DNA from: Nemertoderma westbladi
Taxonomy: Eukaryota; Animalia; Xenacoelomorpha
Direction of reading: 5' to 3'
Assembly (NCBI GenBank): GCA_032718475.1
Contig: JAUCBJ010006872.1
Coordinates: 25,495 to 89,494 of the forward strand
Length of the DNA stretch: 64,000 nucleotides
In this document: one piece after another, positions 33,236-46,158 of the stretch
How the letters are laid out: each line of letters starts with the position of its first letter
Position numbering within the stretch: the stretch's first letter is position 1
Notes under the pieces: model-generated
Databases searched by the model: none
Seen by the model: only the letters and a program-made list of their open reading frames with translations
Told to the model about the DNA's origin: nothing
Made by a program: the position numbers and the translations under genes

Positions 33236-34890
33236 TGTGTCTCTCGTTAATGTTTGTGTTCCTCGTTTATGTTTGTGTCCCCCATTAATGATTGTGTCCC
33301 CCATTAATGTTTGTGTCCCCCATTAATGTTTGTGTCCCTCATTAATGTATGTCCCTCATTAATGTTTGTGTCACTCGTTAATGTTTGTGTCCCTCATTAA
33401 TGTTTGTGTCCCTCATTAATGTATGTCCCTCATTAATGTTTGTGTCACTCGTTAATGTTTGTGTCCCCCATTAATGTTTGTGCCCCCATTAATGTTTGTG
33501 TCACTCATTAATGTTTGTGTCCCTCATTAATGTTTGTGTCCCTCATTAATGTATGTCCCTCATTAATGTTTGTGTCACTCGTTAATGTTTGTGTCCCTCA
33601 TTAATGTTTGTGTCCCTCATTAATGTTTGTGTTCCTCGTTTATGTTTGTGTCCCCCATTAATGATTGTGTCCCCCATTAATGTTTGTGTCCCCCATTAAT
33701 GTTTGTGTCCCTCATTAATGTTTGTGTCCCTCATTAATGTATGTCCCTCATTAATGTTTGTGTCACTCGTTAATGTTTGTGTCCCTCATTAATGTTTGTG
33801 TCCCTCATTAATGTATGTCCCTCATTAATGTTTGTGTCACTCGTTAATGTTTGTGTCCCCCATTAATGTTTGTGCCCCCATTAATGTTTGTGTCACTCAT
33901 TAATGTTTGTGTCCCCCATTAATGTTTGTGTCACTCATTAATGTTTGTGTCCCTCGTTAATGTTTGTGTCCCCCATTAATGTTTGTGCCCCCATTAATGT
34001 TTGTGTCACTCATTAATGTTTGTGTCCCCCATTAATGTTTGTGTCCCCCATTAATGTTTGTGCCCCCATTAATGTTTGTGTCCCTCGTTAATGTTTGTGT
34101 CCCCCATTAATGTTTGTGCCCCCATTAATGTTTGTGTCACTCATTAATGTTTGTGTCCCCCATTAATGTTTGTGTCCCCCATTAATGTTTGTGCCCCCAT
34201 TAATGTTTGTGTCCCTCGTTAATGTTTGTGTCCCCCCATTAATGTTTGTGCCCCCATTAATGTTTGTGTCACTCATTAATGTTTGTGTCCCCCATTAATG
34301 TTTGTGCCCCCATTAATGTTTGTGTCCCTCATTAATGTTTGTGTCCCTCGTTAATGTTTGTGTCCCCCATTAATATTTGTGCCCCCATTAATGTTTGTGT
34401 CACTCATTAATGTTTGTGTCCCTCATTAATGTTTGTGTCCCCATGAATGTTTGTGTCACTCAATAATGTTTGTGTCCCCCATTAATGTTTGTGTCACTCG
34501 TTAATGTTTATGTTCCCCATTAATGTTTGTGTCCCTCATTAATTTTTGTGTCCCTCATTAATGTTTGTGTCCCCAATTAATGATTGTGTCGCTCATTAAT
34601 GTTTGCGTCACTCGTTAATGTTTATGTTCCCCATTAATGTTTGTGTCCCTCATTAATTTTTGTGTCCCTCATTAATGTTTGTGTCCCCAATTAATGATTG
34701 TGTCGCTCATTAATGTTTGTGGGCCTCATTAATGTTTGTGTCCCTGATTAACGTGTTTCCTCCATTAATATTTGTGTCCCCCAATAATGTTGTGTCTCTC
34801 ATTAATAATGTTTGTGCCCCTCATTAATGTTTGTGTCCCTCGTTAATGCTGTGTCCCTCATTAATAATGTTTGAGACCCTCATTAATACT
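33235..34890. repeat. ~19-bp minisatellite (CATTAATGTTTGTGTCCCT)n
   Basis: About 1.65 kb of 17-20 bp variants, degenerating at the right edge. Confidence 0.95.
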
Positions 34891-35133
34891 GTATCAATTA
34901 TTTGTCCCACATTAATATTGTTCCCTGACCGCTATGGACTTCCAGAATGAAAAAACCGTTCAGGAGAAACTTATAACGAAACTGCATCTTTATAAATGTA
35001 TATATTATTACTGTAGTTTGTTTTTGTAGATATTACTGTAGTTTGTTTTTAAATTCTAGGCAGTTACATTTAGAGCCGCTTGCTGGCTTTTCTTGTAATT
35101 AAATGTATATTATTTTCTATATTATTATTGCAG

Positions 35134-35349
35134 GAAGAGGAGAAACCAAGTGCATGGAAAAAATTCAGCTTGTGGGTCTCAAATAAACTCCAGACTGGTG
35201 GTACTAACGTAAGACCATACCAGAGATTGGACCAGTTGGCCAGGGTCTACGTACCTTTAACATTTCTTTTGTTTAATATCATATACTGGGCTGTTATATT
35301 GTCGGTTTCAAATCTACTATATCAGAGTTACATCAAGGATGAACTCTGA
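35134..35349 (+). CDS. Cys-loop channel terminal coding exon (M4)
   Basis: TTGCAG acceptor, phase 0; RLDQLARVYVPLTFLLFNIIYW is the anion-channel M4 pattern; TGA stop. Confidence 0.93.
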   Translation, partial: EEEKPSAWKKFSLWVSNKLQTGGTNVRPYQRLDQLARVYVPLTFLLFNIIYWAVILSVSNLLYQSYIKDEL

Positions 35350-35776
35350 TCACTTTTTTACTAATTAATAATTTTCATTTTATATTAAACAAGTAAGTTA
35401 AGTACAACTCCTTACCGATAAATAACGTTGTACATAGTAAGTGCCTAACTCAAACTAAAAAGCAACTGACACCAAAACTTTACTTGCCATCAATCTAAAC
35501 TTAACTACATTCTACTCTAGTTCTAGAACGCGTTGCTTGTAATCAATAATCAGTTGACAACAGTCAGCTGACCCAACTCCCAAAGTAACAGGAAGTAAAG
35601 CGAACAGGTTCAGTTCTATCCGGTTTGCAAAAGCTTGAAATGCATTACATCAATTTTATTTACCAGTAGAAACCCGATTGTGAAACTTGGTGATGTTGTT
35701 TTCAAGTGGTTAGTTTCTTCTTTAGATTAGTAATTACACTTTACCATTCATTATCCAGCTTGGCTTTTTTTTTAGC

Positions 35777-35887
35777 AAGGTTCCACCTTGGTGTAGTGGT
35801 TGCATTGAATTCACATCTCCCTTAGGTCGTGGGTTCGATTCTCACTTGGGCCAGGGCAGTTTCCGTTTCGACACGAATGCTTTAAAG
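35777..35887 (+). repeat. tRNA-derived SINE, 5' part
   Basis: GGTGTAGTGG A-box and GGTTCGATTC B-box; homologous to 40314-40410. Confidence 0.7.
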
Positions 35888-36561
35888 TCGCCATGGTTGT
35901 ATTAAAACGTTGTATTCCTTTGTTGAATTCGTGTTTTGTATTCTTTCAATTCTTGTAATTTTGTCATTTTTCAACTGTTAATATTTAATTTTTTTATTTA
36001 ATATTAGTACTGTTGATAATTGTTTATTCAGTAATACTTAGTTTAAATCATCAAATCGAAGAACAGATTAATTTTGGTTGTTGTTGTTTTTGGGCCAAAA
36101 ATAATTATGATTGAAAATTAAAAATTTCCCACTCGACCCCCCTTTTACTTATATTTTTTCGACAAATAATTACGCGTTTCTTTAATAATCGGAAAATGTT
36201 TATGTCAAACTGCATTATTTATCCGTTACCATGGATTACAGAAGCGTTGTTACTAAGTTACGAAGGCGAATAATATGTAGATTTAGATTGAGCAAATAAG
36301 CGAAACTGATAAAGATTCAGTAAAGGCTGCGTCACTGCATCAGCCATCTGATGCGACAACACTAAGACAAAACGGTTGAGCTAGTTAGTGAGCACATCAG
36401 AAGCGTAGAGGGGGTTTCTGTACTCACTAGGAAAATATTTTTTAATGGATTTTAACACAATTTTTAGGTTTAATTTTAAACTCATTATTTTTTAATCTCA
36501 ATAGTTACTTTTTTAAATCATCTAAGTATTTCTAGAATATTATTGTTTTATTATGTGCATA

Positions 36562-37048
36562 GGGTCGTCCAAGTATGACGTCTGCACTTTTCCCCAAAAT
36601 ATTGACCCCCTCCCTCCCCTAAATCAGATGTCATCAGATAAGCGTTGACCCCCCCCCCCCCCCCTAAATCAGATTAAAAAAAAATTTGTAATAAACTTAA
36701 TAGTTTATTACAAAAAAATTTTTATTTTATTTTTTTTTTATTATGAAGATGTTTCATTTTCAGGCGAACCCCAGTACCGCAGTACCCCAGTAGCACGCGT
36801 CCTAATCACTGAAACATGGTGACTGGTAACTGAAACAGAAGGTTGTGCTAGGGGCCTTCGGGGGCTTCGAACAATTAAAATAGGCAAGCTATTTACTCTT
36901 CTGCTATATCTCTTCTAGCACCTATAGATGAACATGCTGACGTCAGATTTTGGCTGACCCCCTCCCCTCCCCTCATCAGCACGTCATCAGATTTTCCCAA
37001 CCCCCCTCCCCCCCCCCTAAAGTGCTGACGTCATACTTGGACGGCCCC
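36562..37048. mobile_element. Second copy (inverted) of the MITE at 3431-3965
   Basis: Same TIRs, ATA flanks, internal sequence is the reverse complement of the first copy. Confidence 0.88.
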
Positions 37049-37116
37049 ATATCAGGAAATCTGCTTTACTTCCGGCGTATTGTTTACAGTTCATAGAAAG
37101 GCGCGGTATGAGTATA

Positions 37117-37646
37117 CACCATGACCCGTACTATAGTGTCATTTTCAGATGACATTCATTTTATGAGTTGGTTTGGTGGGGGTATGTATGCCTATACAAT
37201 ATCTCTATCGCGTAGATATTCATACGTAAACAAAACGTTCCAGAACATTGTGTATCTATTAAATACTGTAGAATAATTGGCCATCAACGAACAATAATTC
37301 TTGCAATCATTGAACGCCTATTTCTCAGCTGTTTCTCAACGAAATTCAGTATATTTTTACATATTTGGAATCCTTGCAACGCAAGATTTCTAATGATATG
37401 AAAAATTATTCACTAATGTGAAGAATGGCAACGACAGGTGATGTGTAATTTCCCAAGACACTTTTTTAAAATGCTTTTTAAAAAAATTTACAGGCAAAAT
37501 CGTAAATTCCGGCTGCACCTGGACGGTGAGTTGAACTAGTTGTGTTTCAAATTTCAAGCAATATGATAAAGATTTCTAGAAAAAAAGATTTTTTGGGAGG
37601 GGGGTCCGTGTCAACAGAAAATTACACTATATTACGGGTCAGGGTG
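37117..37646. mobile_element. MITE with TA TSD (Tc1/mariner-like)
   Basis: TA|CACCATGACCCGTACTATAGTGT ... ACACTATATTACGGGTCAGGGTG|TA. Confidence 0.8.
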
Positions 37647-37699
37647 TATTTACAGTATTATTATTATAACTATTTACATCATTGTGTGCAAAGTAGCAC

Positions 37700-37925
37700 T
37701 TGATCACTTTGCAGCCTCCGCTCTCTCTGTTTTCAACAAAAGCAAATGCAAACTGTCGGCCGAAGACGAAACGACCCTAAGGCTCCTCTTCCGATAAATG
37801 CCCATGGTGGGCGATACTCAAACCCCTTGTTTTGTTCCCAATATTTCAACTGGTACTCATTTTATCGACCCCATGGTATGAAAGACTGAGTGAACCCAGT
37901 CGGGGTTCGAACCTGCAACCACTGC
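37700..37925 (-). repeat. tRNA-derived SINE with conserved central core
   Basis: Minus strand: B-box GGTTCGAACC, then CTCAGTCTTTCATACCATGGGGTCGATAAATGAGTACCAG. Confidence 0.65.
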
Positions 37926-38173
37926 AACCAATAGATGGCAGTTCCGGACAAACAGTCCCCGCCGTCCCTGTTTTAAGGGGCTATTAGTTGGTAACAGATT
38001 TTGCATAAGAAAATATAAAAATGATTAACAAAAATATTACCAAATTACACTTGAAATTATAACTTGTCTAATGTCTAAATGTCTATAAAATAGGAAAATG
38101 AATAATACTGCATAACAAATCAAAACATACATTTTGGAGCCCCCCTACGGTTGGCACCCAGGGAAATGTCTGT

Positions 38174-38401
38174 CGACACCCCACAGGCGACACCCCACAG
38201 GCGACAACCTACAGGCGACACCCCACAGGCGACACCCCACAGGCGACACCCCACAGGCGACATTCTACAGGCGACACCCCACAGGCGACACCCCACAGGC
38301 GACACCCCACAGGCGACACCCCACAGGCGACACCCCACAGGCGACACCCCACAGGCGACACCCCACAGGCGACACCCCACAGGCGACACCCCACAGGCGA
38401 T
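38174..38401. repeat. 14-bp minisatellite (CCCCACAGGCGACA)n, about 16 copies
   Basis: Direct reading; explains the repetitive ORFs on both strands. Confidence 0.95.
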
Positions 38402-38499
38402 ATCACATATTCAAAAGTAGAAACTGCTGCAGCAGGTATTCAAGATCCGAATGCTTGGGATCATAGTCCAACCCATTCTACAATATTGTATGTAGGCCT

Positions 38500-40265
38500 A
38501 TTACTACTACAGTACTTACAGTACTACTGTACTATCCGCATGCTGCATTGCAGTTGCATTATACCGGTATATATATTAAGAATGCTGTGCCGTCTTGTCG
38601 AGAAAATTGCGCCGCCACAACTCCCTATCACTCATGACATTTGCAAGTTCAACCGCATCTTCAAGGCCAGTGACCTTTAAGATGCGTCTTAAAAGAGTCA
38701 TGGACTGTCCACCATGCTTACTTTCTCCATGGGGCTGTCAAAGAGCAAGATTGTTCACTGGCTGATGTCCTATAAGCGAAGGCGGCTTTGTTCTAGTGTC
38801 AAGCTTGGGACAACTTCAATGTTATATAGTGTCTGGTTGGAGATGTGTACATTATATTTGACACCAACGTAGCATTCTTGAGAATGTGCCATCCAGAGAT
38901 TTGGTGTCCTCAGCAGTTAGAGCCCAGCATGGACTCCCATAGAGGAGTACTGGGACTATTGCTGCTCTAAATAATCGGACCTTAAGTTTCCGATTAATTC
39001 TCGGTGACTTCCCAATCCTGGAGAGCCCTTTAAATGCTGCACATGCCTTTCCCTTACGTATTCGAAGGTATTCTCACCTGACTTCCGGATCCATGATCCC
39101 AGGTAACAGAAGTCTGCAAGCATACCATCCTTTGAGCTTATGCTTATCCGATCAGACATTTCCTGATGACTTTCAAAGTTAACTGTTAAGAATTTTGGTC
39201 TTCTTGGAGTTAACAAAAAGCCCAACATTAGAAGCAGCCTGTTCTAATGAGCTGAGGAGCCGTTGGGCTCCCTCTAGTGATTCTGAGAGTACTTCTAAGT
39301 CATCAGCAAAGTCTAGCAGGTAACAGAAGTCTGCAAGCATACCATCCTTTGAGCTTATGCTTATCCGATCAGACATTTCCTGATGACTTTCAAAGTTAAC
39401 TGTTAAGAATTTTGGTCTTCTTGGAGTTAACAAAAAGCCCAACATTAGAAGCAGCCTGTTCTAATGAGCTGAGGAGCCGTTGGGCTCCCTCTAGTGATTC
39501 TGAGAGTACTTCTAAGTCATCAGCAAAGTCTAGATCAGTACGTACTTTGCTGGATTTCTTCTACTTCTTGTGCTTGTAGGGGGGTGTTACCATCACCCCA
39601 TCATCATTATGATGATCTATAAAATAGTCAACCACAATTATGAATAAGAATGTTGTATGTCACCCTGGGTGACTCCCCCATAACACGTATAATGGATCTG
39701 TGTGGCCCACCGCTACTGCTGCCCTAAATAATCGAAACTTGAGATTTCGTATTTTTCATTGGACTTCCAAATCCTGGACAGAGTATGTTGTCCATGTCTT
39801 CCCCTTACGTATCTTCACCTGACATTAGATTCTATGATCCCAAGTCATCGACACGCTCGCGCAAGCCATCTCTGGAGCGTATACCCTTACCATTATACAT
39901 TTCTTCAGGGCTGTGAAGGTTGACTGTTAAAATGCTAGTCTTTTTGGAGTTTACAAAAAGACCCACACTAGAAGCAACCTGCTCCGATGAACAGGAGGAG
40001 CCTTGGGGCTCCCTTTAGTGATTCTGACTGTACCCCTAAGTCATCATCAAAGTCTAGACCAGTAAAGTACAGTGCTGGATTTCCTCTACTACTTGTGCCT
40101 GTATGGTATTATTACCATGACCCTATTTTTATTAAGATGGTCTAAAGACATGGGTAGAACATAATCAACTACTGTAAAACTACAAATAAGAATGGTGCAA
40201 GTGTGTCACCCTAAACGACACCCCATAAGACTTCGAATGGATCTGTGTCACCATCAGCAGTGTAG
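38500..40265 (-). mobile_element. Cluster of decayed RTE-like LINE fragments including a 217-bp tandem duplication
   Basis: LDFADDLEVLSESLEGAQRLLSSLE and DFCYLGSWIRKSGE match ORF 4351-6552; a block starting at 39101 is repeated at 39318. Confidence 0.88.
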
Positions 40266-40313
40266 GTCAATGTGGTGTAATTCACATGACAACAGTGTGT
40301 TATTAATTACACG

Positions 40314-40574
40314 AAGGTTCCATTGCATTGAATTCACATCTCCTGTAGGTCGTGGGTTCGATCCTCACATGGGCCAGGGCAGTTTTCGTTTCGGCACGAA
40401 TGCTTTAAAGGGACCAGCCAGGGCGCATCTCTGCCTTGCATCCTTAAGTGGTAGCTAAATGAGTACTGGAGTTTCCTCTGGGGAGTAAAGTTCTGGGAGA
40501 CCGCACTGGAAATAAGTCGTCAGACTTTGTGCGTAATCCCTGGCCTAGCGGCCGAAGAAAATTTACTTTACTTT
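40314..40574 (+). repeat. tRNA-derived SINE with core and (TTTAC)n tail
   Basis: B-box GGTTCGATCC, core GCCTTGCATCCTTAAGTGGTAGCTAAATGAGTAC, tail TTTACTTTACTTT. Confidence 0.75.
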
Positions 40575-40834
40575 AATGAAATGAATTGGAGTTGAGCTGT
40601 TATTGCAACTGTAATAAATCATATTATTAACATATTTGAGGCCAGTAGCTCGGCCGTTAGAGATAGGAAATGCAACATAACACTGGCCTGTTCAATAGAA
40701 GTGGATTAGATGGGAGAGTAAGTGTCAGTGGAGATTGACTGAACTGGTTATACTGACGAGGACTGAGAGTCCGAAACGTATGTATAGCGCTGGTTCAACC
40801 CCCGGCGACGTGCTTCATGTGTCAATTATAAAGC

Positions 40835-41690
40835 ACATATTTCCAACCAGACACTCTATAAAATTGAAGGTGTCTCATTTCTTCCCCCTATCCCCGATGC
40901 TTGACACTTACACCAAATCGCCTCCGCTTTGCAGGACATTGTTTTGACGCCGTGAAAACCAGCCTGTGTACAATCCATAGTGCTTTGGCAGCCCCATGGA
41001 GAAAATAATTATGGTGGACAGCCCATGACTTTCTTGAGACACCTCTTAACCCTTTGTGTACCAACACTTAAAAAAGGCAGCACACTCCCGCCTTTTTGAT
41101 TGTAAATAATTAGGACCATGCTCATAAACGCGTCAGTGTGTCGCCTTTATACAGTATAATTACAACTTAACCCCCAGGGCGGCAGAGTGCCGCCTTTATT
41201 GAAAACCTCTTATAACTTTCATTATAACTTTAACGTTAATTTAATATTGATCGGATGGATTCCTATTGATTTGAGGGCATTTTAAATTACATAATTTATG
41301 CAAATTAATTTTAATTTAGCCAATAATTTTGTTACAAATAAAGTAAGGCGGCAGTGTGCCGCTCATGGGGTTCAAATGAAAGAATACAAGATTTCGAAAA
41401 AGGTTAAAAGCGGCAGTGTGCCGCCTTTGACGGTAGGATAAAGTAATAATATGGTTAAACTCTTTATATAAAAATCTCTGGTACGACAAGAAAATAAACC
41501 TTGGTCCGATGAAATATACTTTTCTTGGTCCTTGGAAGTAAATATACGGTATATGTAATTTATCTTTGGTACGCCAAGGGTTAAAGTATACTGGCCTTGA
41601 AGATGCGGATAATCTCACGAAAGCCAAGTTGTGGAGGTGCAACTTTTGTTGATAAGCCGGAATAGCATTCTTAATGCACGCTGCTTTGGG
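40835..41690 (+). mobile_element. Decayed RTE-like 3' fragment split by a piggyBac-like MITE
   Basis: GGACAGCCCATGACTTTCTTGAGAC before and CTGGCCTTGAAGATGCGGAT after the insertion match 6418-6480. Confidence 0.8.
41050..41580. mobile_element. piggyBac-like non-autonomous element
   Basis: TTAA|CCCTTTGTGTACCAA ... TTGGTACGCCAAGGG|TTAA. Confidence 0.85.
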
Positions 41691-41843
41691 CTTTCCAATT
41701 GTGGATTGCATGGTGGTGGCAAAATATTTTAGTTAAGCCAGCATAGCATCTCAAAGTGCAGTTTCAATACGGCAGGCCGATTATAGACAGAGACGTGCTT
41801 CCTCATTTTCTCCGTTTCTGAACAAAATCATATTATTAATATA

Positions 41844-44800
41844 TAGTCCGGCAGCCACGTACCTCTTTTTGGCCCAACCGAAAATTTTTTGACGGATTAC
41901 ATTTTTTGGATGTTTTGGTGTCTAGGGGTCCCTCTTAACATAAAAAAGTGATTTATGGACTTTGACACCTTGGGCAATTTGAATTAATGACCCGTTTCTA
42001 TGGACTACAGCAATTTCTTTGAAAGCTTAGCAATCAGAATGGCGATTAACTGGTGGGCTTGAACTGGTTGTAATTTTGATGGAAAATATGAAAATTTTAG
42101 AGAAACTATTGAAGTGTTGCTATGGTAACGAAGGCACTACCGGTCTATCTTTCCAAGGAAAAACTACTATGCCTACAAATACCCGTTTTCATGGAAACCA
42201 CAGTAATTTATTGCGGACATCACATCGGAAGCATTTCAAACCTTGACAACAAATTATTACTTGGAAATGTATATATAAATAATTTGTTTCCTGCTTGTTT
42301 CAGATAGTGGCGCACTTTGACCGCAAGTGAAAATAGTGATCTTCAGCGCTAATTGTCCGCAAGTGAAATAATGCATAGTTTATAGTTTTGGTTAGAAAAC
42401 ACCGTCACTGTAACCTGCTCCTTTCCCTTAAATGTTTTTAATATAATTAAATTAATTTTCAAACAAGTATAACGATACTGAATTAATTTTATTGAGTTCT
42501 ACTGAGCCATTACAAGGCATTTTAAATCGTCTGTGTAAGCGGATTCAGTTCCGCTGCATCACCCTCATAAATGGGAAGTGGCACATTTTCAGTAATATGT
42601 CGGAGGTACGAGATTGGTAATAACCAATCTCGTATCATAACCAATAACGGGGACAACACAAAACCCCAAAGCCACACAAAGGGAGGTTAGAGGTCAAACC
42701 ACCTCGGAAGGGAAAATAACCAACAGGGGCCAACAGGGGGGGAAGCACTCCCAAAGAGGTGAGAGGCGTGAAGTAGGTTATCAGCCAATAGGAGCGGGGG
42801 AAAGCATCCACTGGACAAAGGCCACAATAGTGTAGAAATGATTACATATATTGTCAATGTATAACATTGCCGGTTCAGTTACTCAGTCATCAGTTCAGTG
42901 CAGACCGGTGATATTCTATACCATCACCGTCACCAATACATATATTTACCGGTACAGCATCCATCATATATCAATGCTGCCTAACTGTTACTCTTACTGT
43001 GCTATCACACATATATTCATTATCCGAGTATCAAGAAACATCAATTAACTCTTATTGTTTTACTGCAACGGCCTCGGCCTAGGTATCACCCAAAGGTAAA
43101 CACGGTGACGCGTAATAGACAAATCCGGTCGGGATCCCTTGATCCCGTCACAGTCTGTAAAATATTGGGAAAAGTTCCATAGTCCATTGAGTTTCTTCCA
43201 CACCATTACTTGCAAATGGACTCTTTTCACGTTCTCTGAGAAGTAGTCAGTGGTTGGTGGTATTGTTTGCAGCTTTGCACAGCTGGTAATTGTTTTTTCT
43301 GTGCACACCTTTTGTCGTGACTGGATCATGTTGTCTGAGTCATATCCATAGCAGTCACGCCAGTTAGTTATAAAGTTAGTACATTCCATTAAGACTGTAG
43401 ATTGCGGTGCTTCCATATCTCCCAAACCAGTAAGAGTGAGTTTCGCTTTGCCAATCCCAAACATACTCGCAACCGTTTCACACCCAGAAAATGCATGGCC
43501 TCCCAAAAGATTTCCTATGATACCACGATGCATTTTTACTGTATCGCCCACGTCTATTACTGCGGTACGGTTTTTTAATGGGGATATTATGAAAATTGAA
43601 TTGGTTATACCTAATTCTTTCCCTCAGATAAAAATGTACTAATAGAACAAATATAGAATATTTATCTGCGAAAATGCGCATAGGGCGCATGTTCTGTGGA
43701 AAATTTTTCCCCGATAACATCTTCGAAACACCGCCAAAATACACACGATACACTTCAGAGAGGCCGGTTTCAACCATTAAACTTCCTATTGATCCAATGA
43801 AACTCATTAATGTATGCATCCCCCCTAATGTAAGTCCACCGTACTGAACAGGAAAATACCAAATTACATAGTGACATCTTTGAGGAACTCATGGTCAATA
43901 CATTTAGCTCGATGTAGACCAATAGAAGACCCCGCCAAAACTTTTAATGGCAAGGCATTAAACCGGGTTTGAAATACCACTATAACTCTTGATATCTATG
44001 TCATAATCTAGTTCTTTTGACATTTCCTTTTTGGCCAATCTCAGTATAGAATGACCGCTTCATCCACATGTGATAAGGTAGGTCCAATATTCCTGTTTGG
44101 TTGGGTTATTAGCATAGCTAGTGAATGCGTGGATTTCTAACAATTCATGGAACTTAAATTCGTTTATACTGTCGTTTGCTTGGCATTACCTAGGTAAACT
44201 CCTGTCAACCTGTAAGGGAGTCGGATGACTCTAGTCCCGACCCGTTAACTAGTACCGGCCCGTTGACTATGTAGTTACCGGCCCGTTAACTACATTTTAT
44301 CTATTGACTTTTAAATATGATCAAGTTTTGAGATTTTACTAGCTATTTTTTTTACCAGATACAATAGTTACTATTTTTTCCAGGTGGCACCCATAATATC
44401 TTATGAATGTTCGAACTAGTCATTTTAGAATTTTTTACAGTAATTGCTAGGTTTCCTAATTCGATTAGCTATCATCAACTGTTATATTATTTCTAGAGAA
44501 CTACGCAAACATACAGTACCATTTTAATTATTAAAAAAACATTAAAAAAACATACCGATGACAATTAAATGAACAATTCGACTCACGTATAAGAAACTAC
44601 AACTATGTCAATTTTCTAGAACAAGCTAATGACATTTTCATGTCAATGAAAAAACATTCCATATAAGAAACTACGAGTACATCAATTTTCTATAGAACAA
44701 GTCCCATTTAAATGCCGAGACCTGGAAACTCACTAGCTATTCGATGAAGAAAACACTAAATGTGATGCCTAACTCATTGATAAATCATAGGCCTAACTAA

Positions 44801-45475
44801 TAATCATAACTAATGATCATCAATAGTTATGAATTCCAAACTCAATTCTCCATTCGAAATGGTCACCCAAGAAAAAGTACTGTAGTACCCAACTCAAAAT
44901 TTATATATCAATATTATAAATATTATTATTATCAGTAGAAAGGAGCTAAACTGGAAATAACAAATATAGTTACCGTAGAAACATCACCTAAATGTTATAA
45001 TCGCTGAAATTTGTAATCTTTAATAATTATGTTAACACTCAAACATGTCAGCTTAGGAAATAAATATCAGCCCAATTTAGATTCTTAACCTTGTCTAAAG
45101 TTACAGAAAGGCCACGCTAATAAAATAAACAGAATTTAACTAACTTTGGTGCATATTTTGTAACTAATTGTATAATTAAAGGCGTTTGAAATCGCAACAC
45201 TAAACTTGAATGCCGTCTCCTTAGCAACAGGATCTAAAAATCAGACAAAAAATACTGTCATTATTTCGTAAATGAACTACAGTATATTGACTTTGTAGAA
45301 GATTTCAATCCATTATGACATGCTGTTTGCAGTTGCTATGCTTTAAATGAGAATTACGAGGTCCTTAGCAACTAGGTCGATATTTCAAAAATGTTATAAT
45401 CGCCATTTCCTCATTAAGTGGGACCTATAGAACTCAAAACATCACAAAAATTTAATCCGTCCAAAAATTTTCGGT
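41844..45475 (-). mobile_element. Decayed DNA transposon, Academ(X)-like
   Basis: Imperfect ~60-bp inverted repeats at ~41877-41938 and ~45413-45475; TAG start. Broken minus-strand frames GGMHTLMSFIGSIG..KMLSGK, XPG-like HAFSGCETVASMFGIGK and IPPT..F..NVKRVHLQVMVWK. Family assigned from recalled motifs. Confidence 0.6.
42534..43152 (+). mobile_element. Solo LTR of a related Bel/Pao family
   Basis: TGTAAGC...GATCCCGTCACA, 619 bp, 5-bp TSD GTCTG (42529-42533 and 43153-43157); both termini resemble the LTR at 8796-9336. Confidence 0.9.
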
Positions 45476-45499
45476 ATACCATTATTTACCAAAATTATT

Positions 45500-46158
45500 C
45501 ACATTAGTCGCAATTTCAATCATTATGCAATGCAATTATGCAATTTGCAAAGATTCCAAATATGTAGCAATATCTGAATTTCGTTGAGAAACAGCTGAGA
45601 TATAGACGTTCACTGCAAGAAGTATTGTTCACTGAAGGCCATTTTATTCTATAAATACACAATGTTCTGGAACATTTTGTTTATTTGTGAATAGCTACGC
45701 AATATAAAGATATTGGATAGGAATACCGCGCTGTTGCCCTCCAACTCATAAAATAATACCTTAAATAACAGATTCTATAATTTTGTGTATTTGTTAAATA
45801 GAATAAATGGCCATCAGCGAACAATACTTCTTGCAATCTTTGAACGCCTATATCTCAGCTGTTTCACAACGAAATTCAGATATTGTTACATATTTAGATT
45901 CCTTGCAACGAAAGGTATTTAATGATATGAAAACTAATGTGAAAACTTACGACTAATGTGAAGAATGGCCACGATACGGAGGGTGCGATTTCTCAAAAGA
46001 CACTTTTTTAAAACGCTTATAAAAAAAATTTAAAGGCAAAATCGAAAATTCCGGCTTCATATGGGGTCAACGACGGTGAGTTGAAATAGTTTTGTTTCAA
46101 ATTTCAAGCAATATGATAACGATTTGTAGACGCCTTGACTATATTACGGGTCATGGTG
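45500..46158. mobile_element. Two opposed partial copies of the 37117-37646 MITE
   Basis: ~45500-45760 is the reverse complement and ~45790-46158 a direct copy ending in the TIR TATATTACGGGTCATGGTG|TA. Confidence 0.75.

Noticed and set aside
38120-38466. Cys/Gly-rich or His/Pro-rich repeat proteins
   Set aside because: Translation of a stop-free 14-bp minisatellite in several frames.
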